Assembly (NCBI GenBank): GCA_964016885.1
Contig: OZ024743.1
Location: 110,856,001 to 110,920,000, forward strand
Reading direction: 5' to 3'
Source of the DNA: Eledone cirrhosa
Lineage: Eukaryota
Length of the DNA: 64,000 bases
The position numbers were made by a program, and so were the translations under genes. This document shows, one piece after another, positions 14,067 through 26,400 of this stretch. Positions within the stretch are counted from its first letter, which is position 1; each line of letters begins with the position of its first letter. The notes below the pieces were generated by a model. The model was not told the DNA's origin and did not search any database. It saw only the letters and a list, made by a program, of their open reading frames with translations.

Positions 14067-15712
14067 TTAGCCATCGGGCTTTAACACTGGCTTAAAGTGT
14101 TTGAATGTTGCAAAGTTCTTGTGCATGCAGTTCGGGCAGTGTTCAGAGAGTTTGTTCAGTAGCGGGCCCTTGGCGAATAAAATTTCGTAACTCTCTGAAA
14201 TACAAAGGTCGCAGCCCTTGTGTCCTCCGTCGTAAGAGCGCGCTTTCTGGAGTATTTTCCAATTAAGCGTGAAGGGGGTGGAGTTCCTTTTGAGGTCCCA
14301 AACGTAGGAGGCGAGTGTTGTTTGGTTTGATTTATCCGGTCTTCTGAAGGAGTGGGTATGGGCATACCAGCGGGTCTTAAAGGTGTTGGATGTCATGCCG
14401 ATGTAAGTTTTTTTGCAATCCTCGGTGCCCGAGATGACATCGCATTTGTATACGATGTCGTTTGTGAGGCATTTGTTTTCTAGTGGGCATGTTTCCTTAT
14501 TTAGGCAATTACATAGAGCCCCAGTCCGGGGATTGGTTTCGGAGGTGGTTGGCTTATTTAGTTTAGAGTTGTGGTTGGCTATATTCCTAGCTAGGTTAGG
14601 TGTGGTGGAGTAAGACAGTCTTATAGTGTTCTTATTAAAGATGGTGTAGTACCTATGTTGTATGGGGAAGTGTAATTTCAGTAAAGTGAAGAAAATCCTA
14701 GCTATCGGAGTAGATACCTCTCTATTGAAGGGAGGGTTGTACCAGCTAATCTGCCTATGTCTATTCCTCCTCTGCAATTTTGCGGTGGTTTCTAGGTAAG
14801 TTATCTTATCTTTAAATCCGCTACGGGCTAGGGCGTCATTGTAGTAGGAGGCAGATGCATTAAAAATATCTTTGTTGGCGGAGAGGCCAGATATTCTAAT
14901 AGAGACGCTTTTTACTAGGTTATCAGTAATGTTTTGGGGGTGGTTTGAATTAACATTAATATATTTAAGGGACTCGTTAGGTTTGTGGTACGGGTAATAG
15001 AGGGAAGTATCTAGGTCGAGAGTGACATCTAAGAAGTTGGCCCTAGTCAAATTAGAATCTATAGTAATACTAAATCCTAGATTAGAGAAGAAAGAGCTTA
15101 AGTTTTTCCGAAACCCATCGGTGGTTCTGGGGCTAACCTTATGCAGGGCGAAGAGGCCGTCGTCTCGGTATAAACCTCCAGTAAGGCCGGTAAAGAGGTT
15201 CTTCAGGTTATGTAGGATGTACAGGCCCACAAGGTCGCTAATTTCAGCCGAGTCACTCGCCCCCATGCTAACGTCAAATGGGGTCTGAGATTTCTTGTTG
15301 ATCCAGTAAGATCCATCGTGGTATAGAAAGGTCTTACGAGCGTGGAGGATAATAACTTGCTCGGCATCGGTAATGGTGGTAAAATTCCTGGCAAAGTTAA
15401 TTGCGTCCTTCAGGAGGGGCTCCGAGATAGAGGCATAGTAGTTTTCTATGTCGAGTTGCAGGAAGCGAGTGTGGTGTTTATCGGGTAATTCTTGGAACCA
15501 TGATATTGCCTCAGATGTTCTACTCCAGAGTGGAAGTGGTGAGGCCGCCCGCAATAATGGTAGAACTCTATCCAGGATCTTCTTACTGATAGAGCCGATG
15601 TCAGAGCGAGTTGGGTTGATAAGTCTGACTGAAGGTTTGTTGAGGAAGTTTCCCTTATGATCCTTCAGGGTAAAGTGCGGGGTCTTTACCCTTAAAGGTT
15701 CGGTTCGGTCAT
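14067..15712 (-). CDS. Penelope-like (Naiad-like) RT + GIY-YIG endonuclease, uninterrupted but 5'-truncated
   Basis: RT motifs VRLINPT, LDIENYYASI, FDVSMGASDSAEISDLVG, GLYRDDGL and NFLDVTLDL. Linker CNCLNKETCPLENKC (CxCx5C type). GIY-YIG: IVYKC...TYIGMT...FKTRW, CDLCISE, LLNK...CMH. The track start at 15716 lies at the edge of the TA repeat. Confidence 0.92.
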
Positions 15713-15713
15713 G

Positions 15714-15780
<67 letters not shown>

Positions 15781-15781
<1 letters not shown>

Positions 15782-17340
15782 TTGGGGAGGGTCATATTTG
15801 TGTAATATTGCCAGAATTAATAACAGAACACACTCACTGTTTGGTTGGTTTTCGCTTCTCGCTGTCTTTTATATTGGTTATCTAACTTACTCGGTCCTCA
15901 ATGTTGCCATTGACTTACCGACGGTCAACAAATAATACAGATACAATATAGACACAAACACATATATATAGTTTATCATAAATCTTTCGTTGCACATCTG
16001 CAACATCGTCAGGGGTGTTATATTTTCCTCCTGTTGTGTTGTATGTCTACGCCATTTGTATTCAGTCTGTCTATATATTTATTTATTTATTTGCTTGTTT
16101 GTTTATTTTATGTTGTTTCCTTTGCGCATGCGTTTGCGTGTGTCTATAGTGTTATGTTTGCTGTGTGATGGGTGACTAGTGTGTGTGTATGTGCTTGTTG
16201 TTATTGTGCTTTTGTATTTATTTATTTATTTATTTGTTTTGTTTTATTTTCTTATTTATACTTCTCTTAGGTCAGTGTTGTTTGTTTGGGTGTTGTTGTT
16301 ATTCCATTCATTCTTTCTGTTTAGCTTTGATCTTCTAATTTCTATTTCACTGGCCTCTCTGATTTGCCTATCTGCTGGGTCATTTCTATGTTTAGATATT
16401 ATTCTAATTTCTATGGTGTCTATGTTACCGTCATGTTGTTGTCTAGCATGTTCGTATAGTACTGAACCGTTTTTTCGTCCTTTTAGTTCCCCCAGTGTTG
16501 GTCTACCCTTTCACCTATGCTACGAGCTGTCTCACCTATGTATGTTGTCATGTTTCTGCAACTACCCTCTGTACATCTTATGCTATAGACTACGTTTCTA
16601 GTTTTACAGTTTATCCGGGGGTTCACCTTACATATGATACATTTTCTATTGGTACAGTGGGTTTTCTTAAAAGGGTAGGTTTTGCTGATCAGGGATTTTA
16701 TGCTGGTTCCTGGCTTTTATACCACCTTTATTTTTAAGTGGGTCTTTCTCAGAGCCTTTCTACACTGGTTAGCTAATTTCCCTCCAGGGGTGGCGTCCAC
16801 AAACATGACACTCTGGTATCTCTGGTTGTCGTACCATGAGGTGGCTTTTCCTATCTTATGTCTAGCCCTATCTAAGCTATTCCATGATTTGCTCCTGTAT
16901 AATGGGCAAATTCCTTTCATGTCCAGTTCTATGAGGGTCTTATACTTTTCCATGGCTCCTTCGTATACTCTGACTCTGTCTCTTTGGTTGTAGCCAGAGA
17001 ACTGCATGCGGTTGATGAAGTGTTCGATGTGTCTTTCCATTTCTGTTGGGTCGTACGTGCGGGACACATTCTTCATCACTCGTACCAAATCTGCGATCAG
17101 AATATTAAACTTAGCACTACTGGACATTGTTGAGTTTTTGAGTATCAGATATTTGGAGGCCCTGGGTTTAGTATAGTGTGAGTGGAGAATTTGGGCTCTC
17201 TCGTCTATAGTGTTAATCCAGAGTTCTGTGTCTAATACAGGTAGTCTATTGTTAGGGTGTTTGGAAGGGAAGTATAAAAATATTTGTTTCGACACACGAT
17301 TTCATATAAAAAACCTCGCAAAACTAATTCATCGCCGCTA
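15781..17340 (-). mobile_element. Second PLE family (Nematis-like), 5'-truncated copy 1, with a short inverted terminal segment at 17270-17340
   Basis: RT thumb LPVLDTELW...MQFSGY...PLYRSKSW...MFVDATPGG, then a frameshifted GIY-YIG (NVVYSIRC...YIGETARSIGER...EHARQQH) at ~16300-16720, then 3' pLTR sequence. The clade name is a tentative motif-based call. Confidence 0.85.
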
Positions 17341-17408
17341 TATATATATAGATATAGATATAAGTATGTATACGTACACACATATATGTATACAGACGTA
17401 TAGTAGTA

Positions 17409-17475
<67 letters not shown>

Positions 17476-17882
17476 CATGCACATATATATGTACGTATTG
17501 ATTCCCCGAACATTTATTATAATGCACGGTGTGTTTGTAAACAAACATCCCGAATTAATCCGTACAGTGTCTATCAACCACCGTTGCTTATTTGTTCAAC
17601 ACCGACAGGGGAACGCTGTACTAGTGTCAAGCTTGTTAGCTATCGTCACCAACATATACCTTCCTGCCAGATGATTGAACGTCTGAAAGTATATACTTTC
17701 CTTATGCATATTAACGGCTGAGCAGCGTAATTTGCATATCGACTGAGTTAATCGGCCGGGTTAATCGTTTTCGTTACCCCGCCCGATTAACTCACTCCAT
17801 ATGCAAATTAGGCTGCGCAGCCGTTAATATGCATGAGGAAAGTATATACTTTCAGACGTTCAATCATCTGGCAGGAAGGTAT

Positions 17883-17925
17883 ACGTTGCTGACAATAGCT
17901 AATCAGCTTGAAACTAGTACAGCGT
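17883..17925 (+). ncRNA. Hammerhead family A, unit 1, core mutated (CTGACAA, G8A)
   Basis: ACGTTG-CTGACAA-tagct aatc agctt-GAAA-CTAG-TA-CAGCGT. Confidence 0.7.
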
Positions 17926-18315
17926 TCTTTTGCCAGTGTTGAACAAATGAGCAACGATGTTTGCTAGACACTGTACAGTTTAATTCGGGATGTTTGTTTA
18001 CAAACACACCGAGCATTATAATAACTTGTCGGTAAATCCATACGTACATATATATAGGTGTGCATGTATATATATTTATATATATACATACTAATGTACG
18101 TCTCTATACATATATGTATGTACGTATACATACTTATATTTAAGTAACATCCGTATTAAGAGTGAGAAATGAAATTTAGTTTCATTTTTTCCGTTTATTG
18201 TTTTCGGTAACCCGTCCTTTTAACTCTCTCGATATGCAAATTAGGCTGGTCAGCCGTTAATATGCATGAGGAAAGTATATACTTTCAGACGTTCAATCAT
18301 TTGGCAGGAAGGTAT

Positions 18316-18358
18316 ACGTTGCTGACGATAGCTAATAAGCTTGAAACTAGTACAGCGT
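18316..18358 (+). ncRNA. Minimal type I hammerhead ribozyme, family A, unit 2, intact core
   Basis: ACGTTG-CTGACGA-t agct aata agct t-GAAA-CTAG-TA-CAGCGT. Stem I 6 bp (one G-U), stem II 4 bp, palindromic stem III ACTAGT. Predicted cut after A18352. Confidence 0.88.
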
Positions 18359-18476
18359 TCCTTTGTCAGTGTTGAACAAATGAGCAACGATGGTTGCTAG
18401 ACACTGTCCGACTTAATTCGGGATGTTCGTTTACAAACACACCGAGATTTATAAGAAATGTTCGGTGAATCCATAC

Positions 18477-18533
<57 letters not shown>

Positions 18534-18784
18534 TGTGCACGTATGTATATATACATACTAGTGTACGTCCGTATACATATATGTATGTACGTATACATAC
18601 TTATATTTAAGTAACAGCGGTACTAAGAGTGAGAAATGAAATTTCGTTTCATTTTATCCGATTATCGTTTTCGGTACCCCGGCCGATTAACTCACTCGAT
18701 ATGCAAATTAGGCTGCTCAGCCGTTAATATGCATTAGGAAAGTATATACATTCATACGTTCACTCATCTGGCCGGAAGGTATAA

Positions 18785-18823
18785 GTTGCTGACGATAGCT
18801 AATAAGCTTGAAACTAGTACAGC
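18785..18823 (+). ncRNA. Minimal type I hammerhead ribozyme, family A, unit 3, intact core
   Basis: GTTG-CTGACGA-tagctaataagctt-GAAA-CTAG-TA-CAGC. Predicted cut after A18819. Confidence 0.85.
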
Positions 18824-19097
18824 GTTCCTTTGTCAGTGTTGAACAAATGAGCAACGATGGTTGCTAGACACTGTACGGCTTAATTCGGGATGTTTGTTTA
18901 CAAACACGCCGAGCATTATAATAAATGTTCGTTGAATCCATACGTACATATATATATGTGTGCATATATGTATATATATATATATGCATACTACTGTACG
19001 TCTGTATACATATATGTATACACGTATACATACTTATATTTAAGTAACAACCGTACTAAGAGTGAGAAATGAAATTTCGTTTCATTTTTTCCGTTTA

Positions 19098-19141
<44 letters not shown>

Positions 19142-19236
19142 AATGAAGTAATTCCGTCGGAAAAATCCAGGAAAAAGAGTGCTCTAGGTAGGTAACAGAG
19201 CTTAATAGTTGTGTAATAAACAACATAAGGCAATTA

Positions 19237-19295
19237 TTCCATTTACCAGTGGTTTCCTAAAAGCAAAAAAATGTGCTTTCAATAATCAGAATGAA
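19237..19295 (-). ncRNA. Hammerhead family B, core mutated (CTGATTA)
   Basis: Minus strand: TTCATT-CTGATTA-ttgaaagc...gcttttag-GAAA-CCACTGG-TA-AATGGAA. Confidence 0.65.
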
Positions 19296-19435
19296 AACAT
19301 CCTGGTCTGTTTATTGAATTTGAATTTTAAAAAACAAAAATGCAATCTATATAAAAGTGAGGCTGGAGAAGGAAGAAGGAAAGGAAAACTAAAATAAACA
19401 CACACATGCAAACACACACAAATGCATACATACAT

Positions 19436-19467
<32 letters not shown>

Positions 19468-20335
19468 GCATACACTCATACATACACACACACATATACA
19501 CACATATATGTGTATATATATACACACATACACATACATATACACATACATACATATACATATAAATATCAACACATCCATACATACACATACATATATA
19601 CAACCACACACACATATATACACACATATATATATAAATATAAATATATATATATGCATACACATACACATACATAGCCATACACACATACATATACATA
19701 CATACACACAATCATACCTATATACACACGTACATACATACAAATACATAAATGCATACAAATGCATGTACAATATTAGAAAAATATACACACACCTCTA
19801 CATATACACACACGCAAATAAATATAAGAAACAAATATATATAAAATAAAATAATAAAAACTATTATACAGTTGACAGCGATACATACAACGAATAAATG
19901 AACAAACACGCGTGGTAAGCAATACACACAAATGCACGTACACATACATACGTAAAAATAAATAAATACACACAAGCACTCCGATAAACGAACAACAACG
20001 GCCCTCGCAAGTAAGGTGTGGGAATTCAAGGATAGTAACATCCAGTACTCTATCAAATGGTCTATCTTAGACCATTCGAGGGAGTACCAAAGGGACACAC
20101 AGAATTATTCTTTGTGTACCACAGAAAAATATAGGATTTTGCTAAGCTTGAGAGCCACTTCTGCTTGCCTAAACTCAAAGACCGAGATCTTCAGATGTTG
20201 TCCTCATCTGAAACCACATCTGATCTGTAACTGGATTGACATTCCTATGATAACTCAACCGCCTTGAACTCCTTCTCTGCTCTTTAATTCTACTACGGTT
20301 TTTTTTACCTGCTGAATCCACGTTCTGTACTCTTG

Positions 20336-20543
<208 letters not shown>

Positions 20544-20746
20544 CGATATTAAACAAATGGAGACTATATTTATAAAACAATATTTATTTCATTATATATA
20601 TTTCAGGGATATCATATTAAAAATAGGGTATGTAATATCGTAATATGTATGTAATATCGTAAACCAACTCCAAAACTTGTTGAGTGCTTTTATATCAGTT
20701 ATAAAATGTTTACTCGTTGTAACCCAACAATTTTAAATAAAACTTT

Positions 20747-20855
<109 letters not shown>

Positions 20856-20891
20856 ATATATATATAGAGAGAGAGAGAGACCAGGTTTTTT

Positions 20892-20950
20892 TTCATTCTG
20901 ATGATCGAAGGCAAACTTTTTTGCTTTTAAGAAACCACTGGTGAATGGAA
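20892..20950 (+). ncRNA. Hammerhead family B, cleavage triplet mutated to GUG
   Basis: TTCATT-CTGATGA-tcgaaggcaaa...ttgcttttaa-GAAA-CCACTGG-TG-AATGGAA. Confidence 0.7.
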
Positions 20951-21052
20951 TAATTGCCTTATGTTGTTTATTGCATTACTATATATATGTATATGTATAT
21001 TTTGGAGTTATATAAGGTTCATATAAATTATCTAAGATTGATTTTTACACAC

Positions 21053-21137
<85 letters not shown>

Positions 21138-21246
21138 TATTTGGTTGTGCGTGTTTGTGATACGTACGTATTTGTATGTGTATAATTGTATAGCTATGTA
21201 TGTATGTGTGTGTGTGTATATATATATGTGTGTATATGTGTATGTG

Positions 21247-21321
<75 letters not shown>

Positions 21322-21755
21322 ATGTATATGTGTGTGTATATATGTATATGTGTGTGTGTGTGTTTGTGTATGTAATTGTGTATGCGTATGTATGTGTTTA
21401 TGTATTTGTATATGTATATTTATGTGTGAGAGTGTGTGTATGTATTTATTTTTACGTATGTATGTGTACGTGCATTTGTGTGTATTGCTTACCACGTGTG
21501 TGGTAATTTATTCGTTGCCTGTATCGCTGTCAACTGTATAATAGTTTGTATTATTTTATTTTATATATATTTTTTCTTATATGTATTTGCGTGTGTGTAT
21601 ATGTAGAGGTGTGTGTATATTTTTCTAATGTTGTACATGCATATGTATGCATTTATGTATGTGTATGTATGTACGTGTGTATATAGGTATGATTGTGTGT
21701 ATGTATGTATATGTATGTGTGTATGGCTATGTATGCGTATGTGTATGCATATACA

Positions 21756-21788
<33 letters not shown>

Positions 21789-22343
21789 GTGTGTATATAT
21801 CTGTGTGTGGTTGTATATATGTATGTGTATGTATGGATGTGTTGATATGTATGCGTCTATGTATGTATATGTATGTGTATGTGTGTATATATATACATAT
21901 ATATATATGTGTATATGTGTGTGTGCATGTATGAGTGTATGTATATATATATATATATATATATTAGAAAGTGAGGATTTTTTTTTACAAAATGAAAAAT
22001 AACCGAGGTGTCCTACACTAGTGTAAGTATAAAGAAAAAGGGATGGAATCGAAAATGCAACTCAAGTGTTATTTTTTTTTTAAATATATATATTTATTTG
22101 GTTCCTTTACCGGTTTCGCAGTTCTTCTGCTTTTCAAAAGGTGAGTTGAGATGGAGGATCTGTGGTTTTTCTCACATACATACACACACATATATATATA
22201 TATGTGTTTATGTATGCATTTGTGTGTGTGTGTGTTTGCATGTGTGTTTTTATTTTATTTTATTCTTCCTTCTCCAGCCTCACTTTCATATAGATTAATT
22301 TTTGCTTTTTAAAATCCAAATTCAATAAACAGACCAGGATTTG

Positions 22344-22401
22344 TTCATGCTGAGGATTGAAAGCAAAATCTTTTGCTTTTAAGAAACCACTGGTAAATGG
22401 G
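22344..22401 (+). ncRNA. Hammerhead family B, intact core
   Basis: TTCATG-CTGAGGA-ttgaaagcaaaa tc ttttgcttttaa-GAAA-CC ACT GG-TA-AATGG. Long stem II. The first pair of stem I is mismatched. Confidence 0.75.
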
Positions 22402-22427
22402 ATAATTGCTCTATGTTGTTTATTACA

Positions 22428-22485
<58 letters not shown>

Positions 22486-22668
22486 GCAGAATGTGAAAAC
22501 AAATCCCTGAAGCGCTATTGTCCAATATATATGTACTTAACACTATGATGATTCTGAAGTTCATATCTTCAACATTGAAACATGTTTAGTTTATTGTTTA
22601 AATGTATCTACACACACACAACCACACACACACAGCCACACATACAGACACGCACACTCACACACGCT

Positions 22669-23490
<822 letters not shown>

Positions 23491-23557
23491 AATATTAGAC
23501 ACGAACAAAAACAGAGAGCCAGTACAAATATATGTATATATATGTATATATATATCA

Positions 23558-24249
23558 ATGAAGGTTGGAAGATCACTGATGAAGGACTAAGTTTATTCAT
23601 ATGTAACCCATTTGCAACCACGCAGCACGTCTTGTTTTCATATTCACACATTTATATTTTCCTCCGCTGTGACCCGTCTTTTTCATTCTTACTGCTTCCT
23701 CTTTCTCTGTATCTCTCACGCCCCTTTATCCCCTCTAACAGTCACTCTCTCTGTTAGCTTCTTCCTCACCTTTCACTCACTCACTCTCTGCTACTCCCTC
23801 TCCCACTTCCTCCCGTTTGACTTGTGCGAAATTCTTTCCTCACGCACACTTTGGCTGGTTGTTACTTTTTTTCTCTTTCTCTCCCGTCTACGATTTCACA
23901 GAACTTATGTTCACCGAATTCAGGGACTAGACTCCTTGTTCCTCCCGATTGACCTGTGCGGAATTCCTTCCTTGCTCACATTTCGACAGGTTTGATGGTT
24001 TTTATTCTCTCTTTCCACGATTTCACAGAACTTATGTTCATCGATTTCTGGGTCTTGACTCCTTCTTCCTCACCTTTCGTTGCAATACTATCTGTGATTG
24101 TTTAAAGTCTCGCTCGTTCCCCTTATTTTCGTGTCCCAACGAATTTTTTTCGCCGTTGCTCGCACCAACCGGATGTATATGGTCTTTAAAGCGCTGAAAT
24201 ACCTATGAAGGTTGGAAGATCACTAATGAAGGACTAAATTTATTCATAT
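23558..24249. repeat. ~690 bp element with 44-bp direct terminal repeats inside (TA)n
   Basis: ATGAAGGTTGGAAGATCACTRATGAAGGACTAARTTTATTCATAT occurs at 23558 and 24206. There is an internal ~130 bp duplicated block (CGATTTCACAGAACTTATGTTCA at ~23891 and ~24018). Confidence 0.75.
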
Positions 24250-24257
24250 ATATATAA

Positions 24258-24393
<136 letters not shown>

Positions 24394-24489
24394 ATGTATG
24401 TGTGAGTGTGTTTGAGTGGGTGTGTGTGTATACTTATATCATCATCAGGCTTTCCTAAGTGCTACTGGTAACATGTAACCCAGTATACA

Positions 24490-24780
24490 ATATCACAGAA
24501 AATCGAGACATATTAACTGCATGCCCATATTATCAGGGCTGTGATCACTCGATTCCAAGTAACGGCTCTTAACTGGAGTGACACTCCGATCTCCGAGCTA
24601 CGCATTTTTTTCGAGTAACGTTACTCCTCCAGAGGACCCCCATTTCGGCGGCCTGCATTCGCGATCGCATTATTTCAGTCATTACCTATGATTCATGACC
24701 ATGTTTAAGTGCCGCCAGGAATACCGACTTGAAGATAGCAATTTGGGCTTTTAGGCCTACCACCCTTTTCCTGATTACTG
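24490..24780 (-). pseudogene. RTE-clade LINE C-terminal relic
   Basis: The minus strand reads GHES*VMTEIMRSRMQAAEMG, then after frameshifts GVTLLEK and RSSEI, typical of the RTE post-RT region. Confidence 0.6.
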
Positions 24781-24949
24781 AATACTGATGCTGGTTCATT
24801 ACTGAACCAGCCACTGTATTTTTTACCCTTTATCCAGCATCCTGCTTCCCAACAGTCATGAACAAGATAGCTTTACTAATGCATCTGCTTCAATGGAACT
24901 CCATCCACATATAGAGTGCCGTGTTCAGTCTTCCAATCTATAGCTGACA

Positions 24950-26400
24950 AGGAAAGTATTAATGAAGTGCTGCAAAATGAGACTGTGAAATAGATGGGAA
25001 ACGATTCAAACAATGAGAAGATAAAGTCAAACTTAAAGAGATAAACATAGGGAAACCTCTAGTTTTGGATGCAATACCTGTTGAGCCGACACTCGCAAGA
25101 CTGGCTAAATGCTTTTCTGCTCTTGATTTAGGAGCACAATTGCTACTAGTCTGAATGCTGTGACATTCTCGTGGTATAAGTATAATCGAAAGTCCTGTTG
25201 AATAGTCTAATACAATGCATCTACACTGGTGCCCACCCTGATACTCAGTGTGGATTCAGAGATCTGACGGGGTACTAGGATGTTCTCATTTCACCTGCTT
25301 ATGGTTTGGTGCGTTCAACACTGAGTGCCAGTGCACTAAGTATTTGTGGACATTACTAAAGTATTAGACACTCTTAATCATAGTGCATTATTGAACATCT
25401 CGGGGAACTTGGATTTGGCGGAATAGGTACAAATCTCCAACATAGCTTGAAAGAAAACGTGACTTTCAATGGGACACCTTTTGAGCCAATTTCATCGGAA
25501 AACGGCGTCAAGTGGATTGACATATCTGCACCCATTCCGTATTCAATCTACTGTACCGTTCTGCTGATATATGGCTTCCAATACTTCGAATTCTGTGTAT
25601 ACTTACGATTTAGAACCTCTGGCAAGATTTTTAATCTAAAACACATTTGCCCGGTTGTTCGCATATGCTGATGACGCAGATATTGTCAGACAAAGTGTAG
25701 TGCTCATGCAGCTGATTTTGAACACTATCTTCAATGAATGAACAACGTTTGGGTTAAATATTATCCTTAAAATTGTTAAAGGCCCTGTACACTCCACAGG
25801 CTGTGGAAGTGTGTGAGCAGCGAAACATTTCACTGAGAGGTAAAAGACTTGAAGTGGTTGTCTATTTTATGTGTCTCGGAAGAACACATTGTATAGATCC
25901 TAATTCCGGCGCTGAAACAAGTGACAAGATTGCGAAAGTGAGTCATGTCTTCCGACATCTTGAGAAATGAGACTTGTTAGGTTGTGATATGACGGGAAGC
26001 ACAAAGCTCACCATGTACTACGCATATGTTCTTACAGACTTGTTATACGGATGAGAAACGGGGATAACTTACATCACATCAGGAACATGAAAATGTTTTA
26101 TTAGCATTGTACCCGACGTATATGATCTATCCTGGACACCATGGGGTACCTTTTCACACCTAATGCTACTGTACTTAAGAAAGCACGCAGTGCCATTATT
26201 GGGAAGATTTTTATAAGCCAGATTCGTTGGGCTATTCATGTGGTCAGGATGAAAGACGGAATGTTGCCTTAACAGTTATTTATTGGAGACCTGATCAGAG
26301 GAAAAATGCCATGGCATAAATCAAATAAGCGGCTTGGGTTGTCGTAAATTACAAGCCTAAAGCTCGAAAGCTTGACATGAAGAACTGGCGTGCATTCCTC
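24950..26400 (+). pseudogene. Heavily degraded RTE/BovB-like RT relic
   Basis: Fragments NGVK..SAPIPYSIY, LRFRTSGKIFNL, AYADD (25663-25677) and KLTMYYAYVLTDLLYG*ET, with many stops and frameshifts. Confidence 0.7.

Larger units (their letters stand above)
10787..15712 (-). mobile_element. Naiad-like Penelope-like element, 5'-truncated: RT-GIY-YIG ORF, long microsatellite-like 3' region and terminal hammerhead
   Basis: ORF 14067..15712 on the minus strand, with a hammerhead on the same strand at 10803-10853. Both ends abut (TA)n. Joining the ORF and the ribozyme into one element is inference. Confidence 0.65.
17360..19097 (+). repeat. Hammerhead-containing repeat family A: one inverted copy (17360-17760) plus three head-to-tail units starting at 17765, 18198 and 18665
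   Basis: Units align by eye along their whole length, with periods of 433 and 467 bp (difference mostly an internal TA tract). Palindrome centre at ~17768. No credible ORF. Confidence 0.9.

Noticed and set aside
14067-15712. Selenoprotein-type Naiad (in-frame UGA plus SECIS)
   Set aside because: There is no in-frame TGA at conserved Cys positions here or in the fragments at 19981 and 59410, and no convincing SECIS was seen by eye.
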